DNA from: an uncultured Synergistaceae bacterium
Lineage (GTDB): Bacteria; Synergistota; Synergistia; Synergistales; 79-D21
Direction: 5' to 3'
DNA: 64,000 nt
NCBI GenBank assembly: GCA_964521575.1
Contig: CAZFSR010000002.1
Span: 28,740 to 92,739 of the forward strand
A program made the translations under genes and the position numbers. Shown piece by piece: positions 36,074-45,149 of this stretch (position 1 is its first letter; the number at the start of each line of letters is the position of its first letter). The notes beneath the pieces are model-generated. The model was not told the DNA's origin, searched no databases, and saw nothing but the letters and a program-made list of their open reading frames with translations.

Positions 36074-36787
36074 CTATGCATCTCCCTTCCGGCCGTTGAA
36101 TGCGAGTTCATACAGATCCTGCGGAACGACGAGGACCCCGTTCTCGATTTTTGCGTCGAACAGATGACGCTGGAGCGGGGTTCCTGTGGAAAGATCCCAT
36201 GTGAAGTCGAAGAAGGTCATCCCGAGGCATTCGTTATGGTCGACCGGCGTTTCGCTGCCGTTTGCCATTCTGATGGAGCAGCCGAATTCGCGGCACCCGA
36301 AGTAGGGCTTGTGGAAATGCTGGCCGTTCTCCACACGTCTTTTAAAAGTGGACGCGTATTTCCCAACTGGATCCGTGACATGGTCACGGAGGTGTATCGT
36401 TGCCTTGATCAGGAACTTCGGGTTCACGAGAAGCTGCGTGTATCTCTGGGCCCGGAGATCGTCGGCACAGATGGGCATCATGGGGAAAACGCCCTTTATC
36501 GCCTTCCGGACATCGGCCACGTCGATCTTTGAGTTGGTGACCTCGTTTCGCAAGATGCACGCCGTAGACACGGGAGAAAGAAGCCATATCTCTTGGACAA
36601 ACCAATCGAATTCGGGTTTCCAGAAGACTGCCTCTAGGATCCCGCGCGCGGCTGAGGGGGTCGGCATGGGGTAGGTGCAGCGTTCGACGTGCCCCTCCGG
36701 CCTAGAGAAACAGCCGTAGCGCCCTTCGACGACGACGGAAATCGGGTAGGATACTTTGCCGTAAGCGGCGTCGCATTTACCGTTCAT
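36074..36787 (-). CDS. cas5: type I-C Cas5 (Cas5d, pre-crRNA endoribonuclease)
   Basis: FSRPE...ERCTYPMPTPSAARGILEAVFWKPEF is the typical Cas5d N-terminus. The protein is 237 aa. Confidence 0.9.
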   Translation of the reverse strand: MNGKCDAAYGKVSYPISVVVEGRYGCFSRPEGHVERCTYPMPTPSAARGILEAVFWKPEFDWFVQEIWLLSPVSTACILRNEVTNSKIDVADVRKAIKGVFPMMPICADDLRAQRYTQLLVNPKFLIKATIHLRDHVTDPVGKYASTFKRRVENGQHFHKPYFGCREFGCSIRMANGSETPVDHNECLGMTFFDFTWDLSTGTPLQRHLFDAKIENGVLVVPQDLYELAFNGRKGDA

Positions 36788-36912
36788 TGGGCACCTCCTA
36801 ATAAAAAATAAACTCCAATCAGTTCATTTATGTAAATATTTCACTGGCCAAGGTAGGTTGATTTTGACTGAAGGAGTTGGGATCAACTCTCAGGGCAAGT
36901 TAAGGTTACGTA

Positions 36913-39198
36913 CTAGACAGGGCCTAAAGAGCGAAGCTTCCGGACAAGGCCCAAGATGTCGACGTCATACTGGCCGCACCATTCGGCGACAGGAAAGTCA
37001 GGGGCGATCTGGACAATCAATCCTGCGTCCAGGGCTTCCTGGTAGGCGTGACGGCTCATGTTCACGACGTAAGGCTGCATTTTCCGCAACAGGATGCGTG
37101 TAGGAGACTCGCAGTATCTTGCTTCCGCAAGAAGGGTCCTGGCGTTTTGATCATAGGGAACAAGCACCTCAAACCGTTCTTCGTCGATGAGGTGAAATTT
37201 TTCTGCAATCGCGTCAAAGCGAAGGTAAGATGGGCTCCGGTCCTCCTGGATCTTTCGGGGGTCCTGTTCCACCCCTTCCCGGAGCCGCTGGAAATATTCT
37301 CTCTGGGCGTCCAGGTCCTCCGGGTTGGGATAACGGCGGAGGAGCGCCATTGCACTGTCGGTCCCGACCTTGTATTCCCCCTTCGGGGCCAGACCGTCTT
37401 CCAAGCAAAAGAGGACCACCTCTCCCAGGCAATCCAGTTTTCCCTCCCTGTTGCAGCGCCCCCCCACCTGGATGATGCGATCGAGGGGGCCCACGGCCCT
37501 CATGACAAACGGAAAGTCGAGGTCGACTCCGGCTTCCACAACCTGCGTGGAGACCAGGAGGCAAGGGAGCCCTTTGACCAGGCGCTCCCGCACCGCGGCC
37601 AACACCTTGCTGCGATGCGCGCCGCACAGGACGGTCGAGAGCATGAAGATCTCCCCGGGGTCAAATCCCCGGGCTTCGGCCGTTTCCCGGGCATATTCGG
37701 CTGCCCGCAGGGCGTCCTTCTTCGAGTTGAAGACAACCAGGCTCCTGGGGCGGGCCATGGCTTCGTCAATCACCTCGGAAAGGGAAACCGGGGCAAGATC
37801 CTTCATCCGGGAATACCGGACCCGCGCCAGTTTTTGGAACAGCCTGGAAGGGGCGTCGATGATGTCGTGAACGGACCCTTTCGGGAACCCCGAAAACCGG
37901 ACGGAAAACTCCTCCAGGGCCGGCTGGGTGGCGGAGCAGAGGACGATGGTCGTGTTGAAGTGTTTCGAGAGCAAGTGGAGGACGTCGATGATCGTGTCCA
38001 TGTATTTCTGGGGGAGCGTCTGGACTTCGTCCAGGATGACCACGCTGTTGGCGATTCGGTGAAGCTTCCGGCACCTGCTGGGCCGGTTGCTCATCAGGCT
38101 TTCCAGGAGCTGGACGTTGGTGGTCACGACGATCGGCAGATCCCAATTTTCGCTGGCAAGAGACAGGCGTACGTCTTCTGGAGTCGTGACCTCTAACTCC
38201 CTGACTCCGGTCCCGCTGTGATGCTCCAGGACATTTTCCGAACCGAAAATCGAGCGGTAGACCTTGACGTTCTGTTCGACAATCGAGGTGTACGGAATGG
38301 CGGTGATGACCCGGCTCATTCCATGTTTTGCGGCATGCTTCAAGGCAAAGGCCATGGCACTCCTGGTCTTGCCTCCGCCGGTGGGAACGCAAAGCCGGTA
38401 GATTCCCACCGGTCCTTCGGCCTTGTCGAAGCAAGCCTCGTAGACCTCTTTCCGAACCTCGTTGACAGGACCTGTCTTCCCTGCGGCAATCTCGGCCTGA
38501 CTCATCACCAGCTTCTCAAACAAGTCGTGAATCCGGGATCCGGCAGAAGCCCGCAAGGCAGATTTTTGGGGGCTGCCAGCCCTTTCCGCGTCCAAAGCAT
38601 CGGCGTCGGCGAGGGCAGACAGGAGCATGCGCAAAAAAACGTCAAGGGGGCCGGCAGACCGCCTTGTTTCTGGCCGGAAGTACCGGTTCCAAAGCTTGAT
38701 TTCGGCGGATGCGGCATTTAACAGGGTTGTGGAAAGTAAGGGATTTTCAAAATGTGACGAAAACCGATCCAAGGCGAGTTTGATATCGGCATAGACAGTT
38801 CCATCCGTCTTTCGTTTTGCTAGGCGATCCTTGAACTCGGCTTTGGAATGGAGCCCCCCATGATGGGAAGCGGCTATCCATGCCAGAGCGGACAGACCCA
38901 TGTTCTTTTTTTCTGTCAGAAACATGCTCCCCGCCGAAGAATGGTCAGGACCATGATGGCGCCCGCCGGATTCTTTTGAACCGAAATCTTTTATGCAGCT
39001 GGCGATGTATTCCTGAAAAAGGTCGCCCAATTTCCCGATGTCATGCGAAATCCCGAGAACCCGTCCAGTCTTTTCGAGACCGAACGGGGCAAGAAATTCC
39101 GAGGCAAGATCAGCCACGCAGGATGCGTGTTCCTTGAAGTCTTCACAAATACTAAAATTCTGGTATGTCCTAACAGGAAATTTCCTATCTAGCCCCAA
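36913..39198 (-). CDS. cas3: CRISPR-associated helicase/nuclease Cas3 (HD + SF2 helicase)
   Basis: The HD domain (EHASCVADLASEF...GISHDIGKLGDLFQ, HHGPDHS, ASHHGG) is followed by helicase motifs (VPTGGGKT, VILDEVQ, SATQP, QVGGRCNREG). The open frame extends to TTG 39453. That extension is AT-rich, low complexity and contains the inverted island motif, so I prefer TTG 39198, which is preceded by GAGG. The start remains uncertain. Confidence 0.85.
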   Translation of the reverse strand: MGLDRKFPVRTYQNFSICEDFKEHASCVADLASEFLAPFGLEKTGRVLGISHDIGKLGDLFQEYIASCIKDFGSKESGGRHHGPDHSSAGSMFLTEKKNMGLSALAWIAASHHGGLHSKAEFKDRLAKRKTDGTVYADIKLALDRFSSHFENPLLSTTLLNAASAEIKLWNRYFRPETRRSAGPLDVFLRMLLSALADADALDAERAGSPQKSALRASAGSRIHDLFEKLVMSQAEIAAGKTGPVNEVRKEVYEACFDKAEGPVGIYRLCVPTGGGKTRSAMAFALKHAAKHGMSRVITAIPYTSIVEQNVKVYRSIFGSENVLEHHSGTGVRELEVTTPEDVRLSLASENWDLPIVVTTNVQLLESLMSNRPSRCRKLHRIANSVVILDEVQTLPQKYMDTIIDVLHLLSKHFNTTIVLCSATQPALEEFSVRFSGFPKGSVHDIIDAPSRLFQKLARVRYSRMKDLAPVSLSEVIDEAMARPRSLVVFNSKKDALRAAEYARETAEARGFDPGEIFMLSTVLCGAHRSKVLAAVRERLVKGLPCLLVSTQVVEAGVDLDFPFVMRAVGPLDRIIQVGGRCNREGKLDCLGEVVLFCLEDGLAPKGEYKVGTDSAMALLRRYPNPEDLDAQREYFQRLREGVEQDPRKIQEDRSPSYLRFDAIAEKFHLIDEERFEVLVPYDQNARTLLAEARYCESPTRILLRKMQPYVVNMSRHAYQEALDAGLIVQIAPDFPVAEWCGQYDVDILGLVRKLRSLGPV

Positions 39199-39281
39199 CG
39201 AAAAGACCTCCGAAATAAATAGTCCCGCTCCAATAGGGGAGACCCCCCTCCCTGGAGGAGTAAACAACCAAAAAAATAAAA

Positions 39282-39302
39282 TGTCTATCAGGGAAACCCC
39301 TA
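39282..39302 (-). repeat. island-boundary motif copy 2 (inverted): TAGGGGTTTCCCTGATAGACA
   Basis: The reverse complement of 39282-39302 matches copies 1 and 3 at 20 of 21 positions. It lies ~85 bp upstream of the preferred cas3 start. Confidence 0.85.
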
Positions 39303-39532
39303 TTTTTCGATTTGAAAAGGGAGATAATGAGAATGTAAATTGTCGTTGGCGATATGATTTTGATTTTTTACGACGACAACATAAGTCGGTGAGGATAAGA
39401 ATCGGCTGGCTCAAGTGTCTCGAGCCAGCCGATTCTAGGAAGTATTTTTTCAAGTATTATGAAAAGTCAGTTTTTCGCAGGCAATTCTCGGTTCGCCACT
39501 GGAAGGGCAGAGGCAAGATGGATCGGATTGAA

Positions 39533-40021
39533 TTACAAGATAGGGGATTCCTCTTCTTTTTCTTCAGGATTTCTGCAAAACAATCCTGTCCTGAGCTTTT
39601 TTCTTGTGAGGATATCCAACAGTACACCCGAAAATTTACTTTCGAGGCAGCTCATCAAAACTTCCTGAAACAGTTCCTCGTCTTCCGTAGGCTCACCGCA
39701 AACGAGATGCCAATTCCCGCCGCGGTCACACACCTCGTTTTCTGCTCCGAAATGGCCGATTTCGATAACGCGAGCTAGCGGCGCATAATCTGGCATGGGC
39801 TTCAGCGTTCCCTGCAACGCGTCTTCCAGTGAGATCCAGGGAATCCGAAGCTCGAGGCAAGTGGCAACCTCCCCGATCTCCTCCGTGTCCAGGAGGACGG
39901 GCGCGATCACATAGCATTCCCTGACGACAATACCCTCGTCACTGATCTCCTTTAGCCATTCCGAACTGCCGTTGCACGTTCTGGCCGTGAATTCCTCCAG
40001 GGTTTCACGGTGCGTTCTCAT
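39533..40021 (-). CDS. hypothetical protein (paralog of 40046..40444)
   Basis: It has ATG with the RBS GGGAGGAATC and is 162 aa. It shares LE.F..RTC.G, .R.PW....DA, RVIE and VCG blocks with the upstream gene. I do not recognise a family. Confidence 0.55.
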   Translation of the reverse strand: MRTHRETLEEFTARTCNGSSEWLKEISDEGIVVRECYVIAPVLLDTEEIGEVATCLELRIPWISLEDALQGTLKPMPDYAPLARVIEIGHFGAENEVCDRGGNWHLVCGEPTEDEELFQEVLMSCLESKFSGVLLDILTRKKLRTGLFCRNPEEKEEESPIL

Positions 40022-40045
40022 GATTCCTCCCGAGCCTCCCTAGCC

Positions 40046-40444
40046 CTACCGCTCCATACTCAGAGCTTGGTCAATGGACACGGCATAGGAAACTGCCACC
40101 TTGAACAATTTGTCGGGTTGCGCTGCAAAACCGCATACGACAAGGCTTGCTCCGTTCGGACCAGGCGATTCGGGCATCCCGTAGTGTTCGATTACCCGTA
40201 CATCGGCACCTTTATATTCGGAGATCTCTCTCCGATCGCCGTTTTCGGCATCCCCAATCGCCTCCCACGGGACCCGGACGTCGACGACCGTCGCCAGCGT
40301 TCTATTGCCTGACGCATCCCCGCTAGTATCCAAGCAGCAAATCCGGATGGTTGGGCCAGCCTCCTCCACAGCGGTTACCCGCATAGCCTTTCCGCCGCAA
40401 GTCCTCCTCATGAAGCCTTCCAGGTGCGCGTCGATCGGAAACAT
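40046..40444 (-). CDS. hypothetical protein (paralog of 39533..40021)
   Basis: It has ATG with the RBS GGAGGAGGG and is 132 aa. It is a tandem paralog of the downstream gene. Confidence 0.55.
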   Translation of the reverse strand: MFPIDAHLEGFMRRTCGGKAMRVTAVEEAGPTIRICCLDTSGDASGNRTLATVVDVRVPWEAIGDAENGDRREISEYKGADVRVIEHYGMPESPGPNGASLVVCGFAAQPDKLFKVAVSYAVSIDQALSMER

Positions 40445-40450
40445 CCCCGC

Positions 40451-40741
40451 TTATCCCTCCTCCCCTGAAAAGGGAAAACACTTTTGTTTTGGGACCAGCC
40501 CGGACATCTCTTGTTCCTGGGCCCGGCGCAACTCACGCCGGATTTTTGACCAGCAATCGCAGCCGTAGCCCCTTGCTACAGATTTCTCTGACTCAATCGG
40601 TTTCCCACAAAGGCGGCAAACCGGCTGGCCTCCTGTACCAAACCCATCAAACTCTGCGAACCGTTCCTGTCCCTTTGCTTCTCGCATTCCTCGCATCTTC
40701 TCCCTTTGTGGGTTGTTCCCCTGGACTCTGGGAGTGTGCAA
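40451..40741 (-). CDS. small basic Cys-containing protein (zinc-ribbon-like CxxC...CxC)
   Basis: CRLCGKPIESEKSVARGYGCDCW resembles small phage/plasmid zinc-ribbon proteins, possibly DUF6011-like. The start codon is ambiguous. Confidence 0.4.
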   Translation of the reverse strand: MHTPRVQGNNPQREKMRGMREAKGQERFAEFDGFGTGGQPVCRLCGKPIESEKSVARGYGCDCWSKIRRELRRAQEQEMSGLVPKQKCFPFSGEEG

Positions 40742-40861
40742 GGCCCGTCTGCGGGAAACACTACTCAGGGGAAAATTATTCAGACCTCAGGATGTTTCTT
40801 TATGGCCTGTTCTCGGAATCTTGAGAGCTAAAGCAAACACCGTTTTTTGGGTTGATTTCCA

Positions 40862-42112
40862 TCAGAGAACCGGCGTTTCGTCGTCCTCATCATCCATGAG
40901 TGAGACCTCTTGACTGGACGGGATGAGTTCAAGGAACGGAATAATATTTGACTTCTTTCGAGGACAAACGAACTCCACAGCAGTCGAGTCAGTTTCAGGA
41001 ATGCGGTCGATCCGCCAAGAAATCCCGTCATGGCGTAGCACCATTCCTTCAGGCAATTGGGCAGGCTCTTCATAGGGCTGGGAGGTCAACAGACCTCCAG
41101 GCTGACCCGTCGAGGTCCGGACTCTCTCTGTGAAACAGATTTTGTTGGCGGAATCAAAAGCAAAGCCCCACATGATGTCGCTTGTCGAATCCATTATGAA
41201 CTTCACCATAGCACTTGACGGCTTTTGAGCTGTCCACGAAATGGAGCTTCTCTTCGTAGAAATTGCGGGCAAAAGTTCCTCAGACCATTTATCGAGTTCA
41301 AAAGCAAAAATGGACTCCACACCGTTCATCCTTGCGCTGAGGAGCAGGAGCCCGAGGGTTTCAGGAGAAAGATCGTCAACTTCGATAAATAGCGGGCCGA
41401 CAAGATTGCATGGGTGGAAGACCCTCTCCCCTTGTTCTCCGCTTCCGTTTGATACCGTCATTTCAGAAAGCGGCTCCAGGGCTGCCGACACTTCGGAGAG
41501 CATGGAACCTGCTGTGACAAGGCTGTTCCTTGAAAGAAGCGCTTTGAGCGAGCGGACTGTTTTGTGGGGAACGAAATCCGCCCAATCGGGAAGGGATCCC
41601 ATAGATCTGGAATCGGTTCGGCCAGTGGATTCTTCCGCGATTTCTTCGTAGAGCGCCAAGAGAAGGACTGTCGCGGATTTTTGAGGAGACGTGAGGATGA
41701 ACAACCGATCGAGGCTCTTTGAATCCATCGACAGGAAAGAAGCATATCTGTAGGCTGTGCAGGAGAGCAGATTTCTAAGGATTGCGCGAGCGCTATCCTC
41801 CCAGAAAGGCTCTCGAGCTGAACGCGAGCGCGCTTGTGGGATAAGGGCCTCGGCGAAAACTCTGGAAAGCTGGTCCAGGCTGTTCGCGGGCGCCTGCAGG
41901 ATTTCCCGCACCGGATCAATGTGAACTGCGCCTTCATACTCGGGCCCCCAGTAGATTTCTCCGTAGTGGTAGAGCCCCTTGAGCCCATCGAGGCGCGGAA
42001 CCAACACGAGGGCAGGTTCCCGCATTGTCCTGACCCAAAACAGGCGCTCGGCCACCCAGGCTGCTCGATCTGATTCCCTCCCACCGAGGAAGCCCTCAAT
42101 TTGACCAGGCAT
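40862..42112 (-). CDS. hypothetical protein with distant TraG/VirD4 coupling-protein-like blocks but no intact Walker A
   Basis: ALVLVPRLDGLKG sits where T4CPs have the P-loop. EPFWEDSARAILRNLL resembles the FW..A..LL block. PLFIEVDDL...ARMNGVESIFAFELDKW resembles Walker B plus the RGYGI..Q block. No N-terminal TM helices are present. This is a low-confidence homology. Confidence 0.3.
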   Translation of the reverse strand: MPGQIEGFLGGRESDRAAWVAERLFWVRTMREPALVLVPRLDGLKGLYHYGEIYWGPEYEGAVHIDPVREILQAPANSLDQLSRVFAEALIPQARSRSAREPFWEDSARAILRNLLSCTAYRYASFLSMDSKSLDRLFILTSPQKSATVLLLALYEEIAEESTGRTDSRSMGSLPDWADFVPHKTVRSLKALLSRNSLVTAGSMLSEVSAALEPLSEMTVSNGSGEQGERVFHPCNLVGPLFIEVDDLSPETLGLLLLSARMNGVESIFAFELDKWSEELLPAISTKRSSISWTAQKPSSAMVKFIMDSTSDIMWGFAFDSANKICFTERVRTSTGQPGGLLTSQPYEEPAQLPEGMVLRHDGISWRIDRIPETDSTAVEFVCPRKKSNIIPFLELIPSSQEVSLMDDEDDETPVL

Positions 42113-42461
42113 TAGGGAATCTCCTCTTCTGACATTTTGGCAAGAAGGAGAGGTGGTTCTTATGGGGATCCTGGAGGGTTGCCCAGGAGAGCCAGGAGTG
42201 AAAAGCCACTAAGCTGGAGGGCTCCGAAAATGGGAGCAGTTCGTTCTCTGGGAAAGCATTCCGAGCCACTCGGAATTGCTGGACAAGAGGTTGGGTCCTC
42301 TGATCGACATCACGAATCATTTTACAAAATGGATCAATACAAAAACTGGATATTCCTTCTATAAGAGAGAGATGTCCATTTCCTCTTTTCGTAGAATCCT
42401 CATCGAAAAATAGATACATTTCTTTGATTTCTTCTATTCTTGATTTTGTGTATATCGACAT
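42096..42461 (-). CDS. hypothetical protein
   Basis: A 121 aa ORF that overlaps the next gene by 17 nt. I do not recognise a family. Confidence 0.35.
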   Translation of the reverse strand: MSIYTKSRIEEIKEMYLFFDEDSTKRGNGHLSLIEGISSFCIDPFCKMIRDVDQRTQPLVQQFRVARNAFPENELLPFSEPSSLVAFHSWLSWATLQDPHKNHLSFLPKCQKRRFPNAWSN

Positions 42462-42795
42462 GCAAGCCCCCTTCTTTTTCAGTTGTGCCCCGGTTCAGCA
42501 CGCCACCAGGAAGGGGTGGGGGGTTAACCCCACCCCCGTGTTGGGCGGTACTGGGGGATCCGCATAGGGGAAAGGAGTGGATCTTTGAAAGGTGATCGAA
42601 AACAAAAGCACGGAACGCCCCCCTAACTGGTGGCATTCCGTTTACTTTATTTTACCCATCTGCTGACGATAACTATAAATGCCCTTCAAGCAATCGCCCT
42701 TTCTTTGAATAATATTATACTCTGATTATCGACATTTTTCAATACTGGTCTTGCTCATAAACGCCACTTTTTATAGCTACCTCCTCTCTAAACGG

Positions 42796-43683
42796 TTAGA
42801 TCCCAGCACCTTTTGAGAGGCCTGGGATTTCGGCTGCTACAGCATATTGTAAGGACGCTTCCCGTCCCCACACGTCCCGGTTTAGTGGTGGTCCTCGAGG
42901 TGGATATGTTGGGAAAAACAATAGAATGAACAGGGACAATGACAGTTCTAATGTGGCTAGATCGAGTCTTTCCATGGGTTTGAGCCTCTTTTGAAAGGGA
43001 TTTGAGGATCTCCTGACGGGAAAAGCAGCCCTCGGTACGGGGATAGCCGCAAAATGCGGTTCAGGACTGAATCCCAGGGCTTGGCGAATCGAAAATGTCA
43101 CATGGTTATAGACGCCCCGTAGCCCCTCAAAGGTTTGCCTTCCTTTCAGCAGATCTCTGAGGGTGGAGATTCCGAGGCTAGTCCGGATCACTCGCGGAGA
43201 ACGCAGCCTGTATTCGACCCGTACATGCCTGTCTGGAACTAGGCGCCTTTGTGTGGCAATCGTCTCGGAGAGGATTTCTTTGTCGAGGAGTTCTCGCACC
43301 TTGTCATAGACACAGATTTCCCTGCAACCGTTCGAATAGTAGATTGTGGTACTCCCCTTGCCCTGATACCCTCTGGGTTTCCTCAGGTGGGGAAGACGGA
43401 TTTTCATCAAGGCTGGCACGATTTTCGAATACCCCGAGGAAACCGACAGGTCAGAAAACAGATCTATGCGGCTTATCGTTGCCCCCATCAGATCAAGGTA
43501 AATTCCTCCCCTGGCCATTCTTTTTCCCAGCCTGGAAACTGCCCGTTGGATTTTGGAACGGGATAACAATGGTTTTGTGTTGCAGCGCCCTGAATCACCG
43601 TAAAGCAGGATTTGCGGGGAGAAAGAAACGGTGAGGTACCCATAAGGATTCCGCACTGCACAGTAAAAGGGGGTATGGATCAA
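42796..43683 (-). CDS. rolling-circle replication initiator-like protein (Rep_trans family-like)
   Basis: The ordered motifs ISRIDLFSD, VYDKVRE and HVRVEYRL resemble the RxD / YDK / RxE blocks of Rep_trans initiators. Confidence 0.5.
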   Translation of the reverse strand: MIHTPFYCAVRNPYGYLTVSFSPQILLYGDSGRCNTKPLLSRSKIQRAVSRLGKRMARGGIYLDLMGATISRIDLFSDLSVSSGYSKIVPALMKIRLPHLRKPRGYQGKGSTTIYYSNGCREICVYDKVRELLDKEILSETIATQRRLVPDRHVRVEYRLRSPRVIRTSLGISTLRDLLKGRQTFEGLRGVYNHVTFSIRQALGFSPEPHFAAIPVPRAAFPVRRSSNPFQKRLKPMERLDLATLELSLSLFILLFFPTYPPRGPPLNRDVWGREASLQYAVAAEIPGLSKGAGI

Positions 43684-43801
43684 CTCCCTCCCATGGCCTA
43701 TCGGCCGCCAGGGAAGAGTTTTTCCCTGCCTGGGCCTCCATCGGGACGTACAGATATGTATTGTGTCGATGCCAATTTTTGGATGACCTGGCTTCAGGAG
43801 C

Positions 43802-43835
43802 GTACCCTCCCCGCAACGGCGTGTGGGGAGGGTAC
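43802..43835. repeat. perfect 11-bp-stem hairpin (candidate oriT or double-strand origin)
   Basis: GTACCCTCCCC-gcaacggcgtgt-GGGGAGGGTAC lies in the intergenic region between the relaxase module and the Rep-like gene. Confidence 0.5.
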
Positions 43836-43894
43836 AAATTCAGTTTGGCGGAAACAGGATCACACAAAATTTCCGGTCAGACTATTCACGAATC

Positions 43895-44212
43895 CTAACC
43901 TCCGATGACTCTTCCTTCTGGACCGCTGGGCCCGCCGTCAAGTCTTACCCCAAGAATCGCTAGAATTTCGATTAGTTGTTCTTCGACGTCGGCCGCGAGA
44001 ATCTGAGCTTCCCCCTCGTCGGGTTCAGGGCCAGCTTGAATCGCGATCCTTACCCGCCTGGGAGGAATATTGTCGTCGAGACGAGTCAATCGCAAGCGGG
44101 CCTCCGCCCGTGACATGGTTCCGTCCTTCGTTCTCGAGGAATTTATTGAATAGCTTGAGAGTTGAAAAACGAAGGCACACTTCCGGCTACACGGAACATC
44201 ACCTTTTGTCAT
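43895..44212 (-). CDS. hypothetical protein (relaxase-coupled, start overlaps the relaxase stop)
   Basis: A 105 aa ORF joined to the upstream Mob gene by an ATGA overlap. I do not recognise a family. Confidence 0.4.
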   Translation of the reverse strand: MTKGDVPCSRKCAFVFQLSSYSINSSRTKDGTMSRAEARLRLTRLDDNIPPRRVRIAIQAGPEPDEGEAQILAADVEEQLIEILAILGVRLDGGPSGPEGRVIGG

Positions 44213-44982
44213 TTTTTATCTTCTCCTTCCCCGGCTTCCTTAGATTCAATGGAATCAATCCTGCCCAAGGTTTCTAGAATTCCTGATCGCCTAAGGTCCC
44301 GTTGAAGGTTGCGAAAGACGATCCTTTCTGCTTCCCTGAGCACGCATTCTTCTTTGTGGGCCTGTGTGACACTCCGGTTTGCATCTCCGGTCAATTTCTT
44401 TGGAATCCCGCGACGAAACCCCAAATGGGAGAAAATTTCCTCGGCCAGGTCCTGCAGCTTGGAGAAAAATCCTCTATCCAGAGATCGAATCACCGTTTTG
44501 TGCGACTCATAGTCATAGTTTTGCAACAGGCAATGGAAATGGACTCTTTTCTCATCCATATGCATAGCGAGATAAATGAAAGGCATGTTTGTTTCTGACG
44601 CCAGCCTCAGGAAAAGCTCCTCCGCCGCTTCATACAAAGTGTTAAGCGGGACCTGGTCGACCTCTCTCGAAAATACGAGAACCGCCCTCGCGAAAGGCCG
44701 AGTGTTGCCGGGCAGCCTTTTTCCATGAAATTCGCGGTAATCCATTCTCTGCTCCTCTTTCACCTTCTCGATCTCCCAGAACAGGCGCCGTATTCCCTCT
44801 ACGGCTCGCCTCCCCTGAATCCGCCGATTCTTGAAACAACCCCACCTGTCGTTCACGAGAACGTCTGAGGGGCCTTTTAGGTAAGGGGGGCATTCCTCGC
44901 GGGTATCGTGACGAAATTGCCTTATTCCCACGCTCGCCGAGACCGCTTCGATTCGAGCGCATACGAATCTATCTCCGGACAT
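44209..44982 (-). CDS. MobV-family (Mob/Pre) relaxase-like protein
   Basis: FRHDTRE resembles motif I (HxxR). AMHMDEKRVHFHCLL matches the HxDE..(P)HxH metal-binding motif of Mob_Pre relaxases. The start is ATG 44982 after GGAGGTG. Confidence 0.55.
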   Translation of the reverse strand: MSGDRFVCARIEAVSASVGIRQFRHDTREECPPYLKGPSDVLVNDRWGCFKNRRIQGRRAVEGIRRLFWEIEKVKEEQRMDYREFHGKRLPGNTRPFARAVLVFSREVDQVPLNTLYEAAEELFLRLASETNMPFIYLAMHMDEKRVHFHCLLQNYDYESHKTVIRSLDRGFFSKLQDLAEEIFSHLGFRRGIPKKLTGDANRSVTQAHKEECVLREAERIVFRNLQRDLRRSGILETLGRIDSIESKEAGEGEDKK

Positions 44983-45149
44983 GACTTCACCTCCATAAAG
45001 CGACAAAGGTATTCCGTTCGGTAAAGCACAACAGCGTAGTATGTCTATGCAGACACAGGTTACGGGGAAACGAATCCATGTGTTTTTTCAAAAAAAATGA
45101 CGCACCCTTGTTGGGTGCGTCTGGGCTTTCTCTATATATTTTGCCCCTC

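Noticed and set aside
39199-39453. 85-codon N-terminal extension of cas3 (ORF drawn to TTG 39453)
   Set aside because: The extension is AT-rich and low complexity, precedes the normal Cas3 HD-domain N-terminus, and contains the inverted island motif plus promoter-like boxes. A TTG with a GAGG RBS at 39198 gives a conventional Cas3 length. The start remains uncertain.
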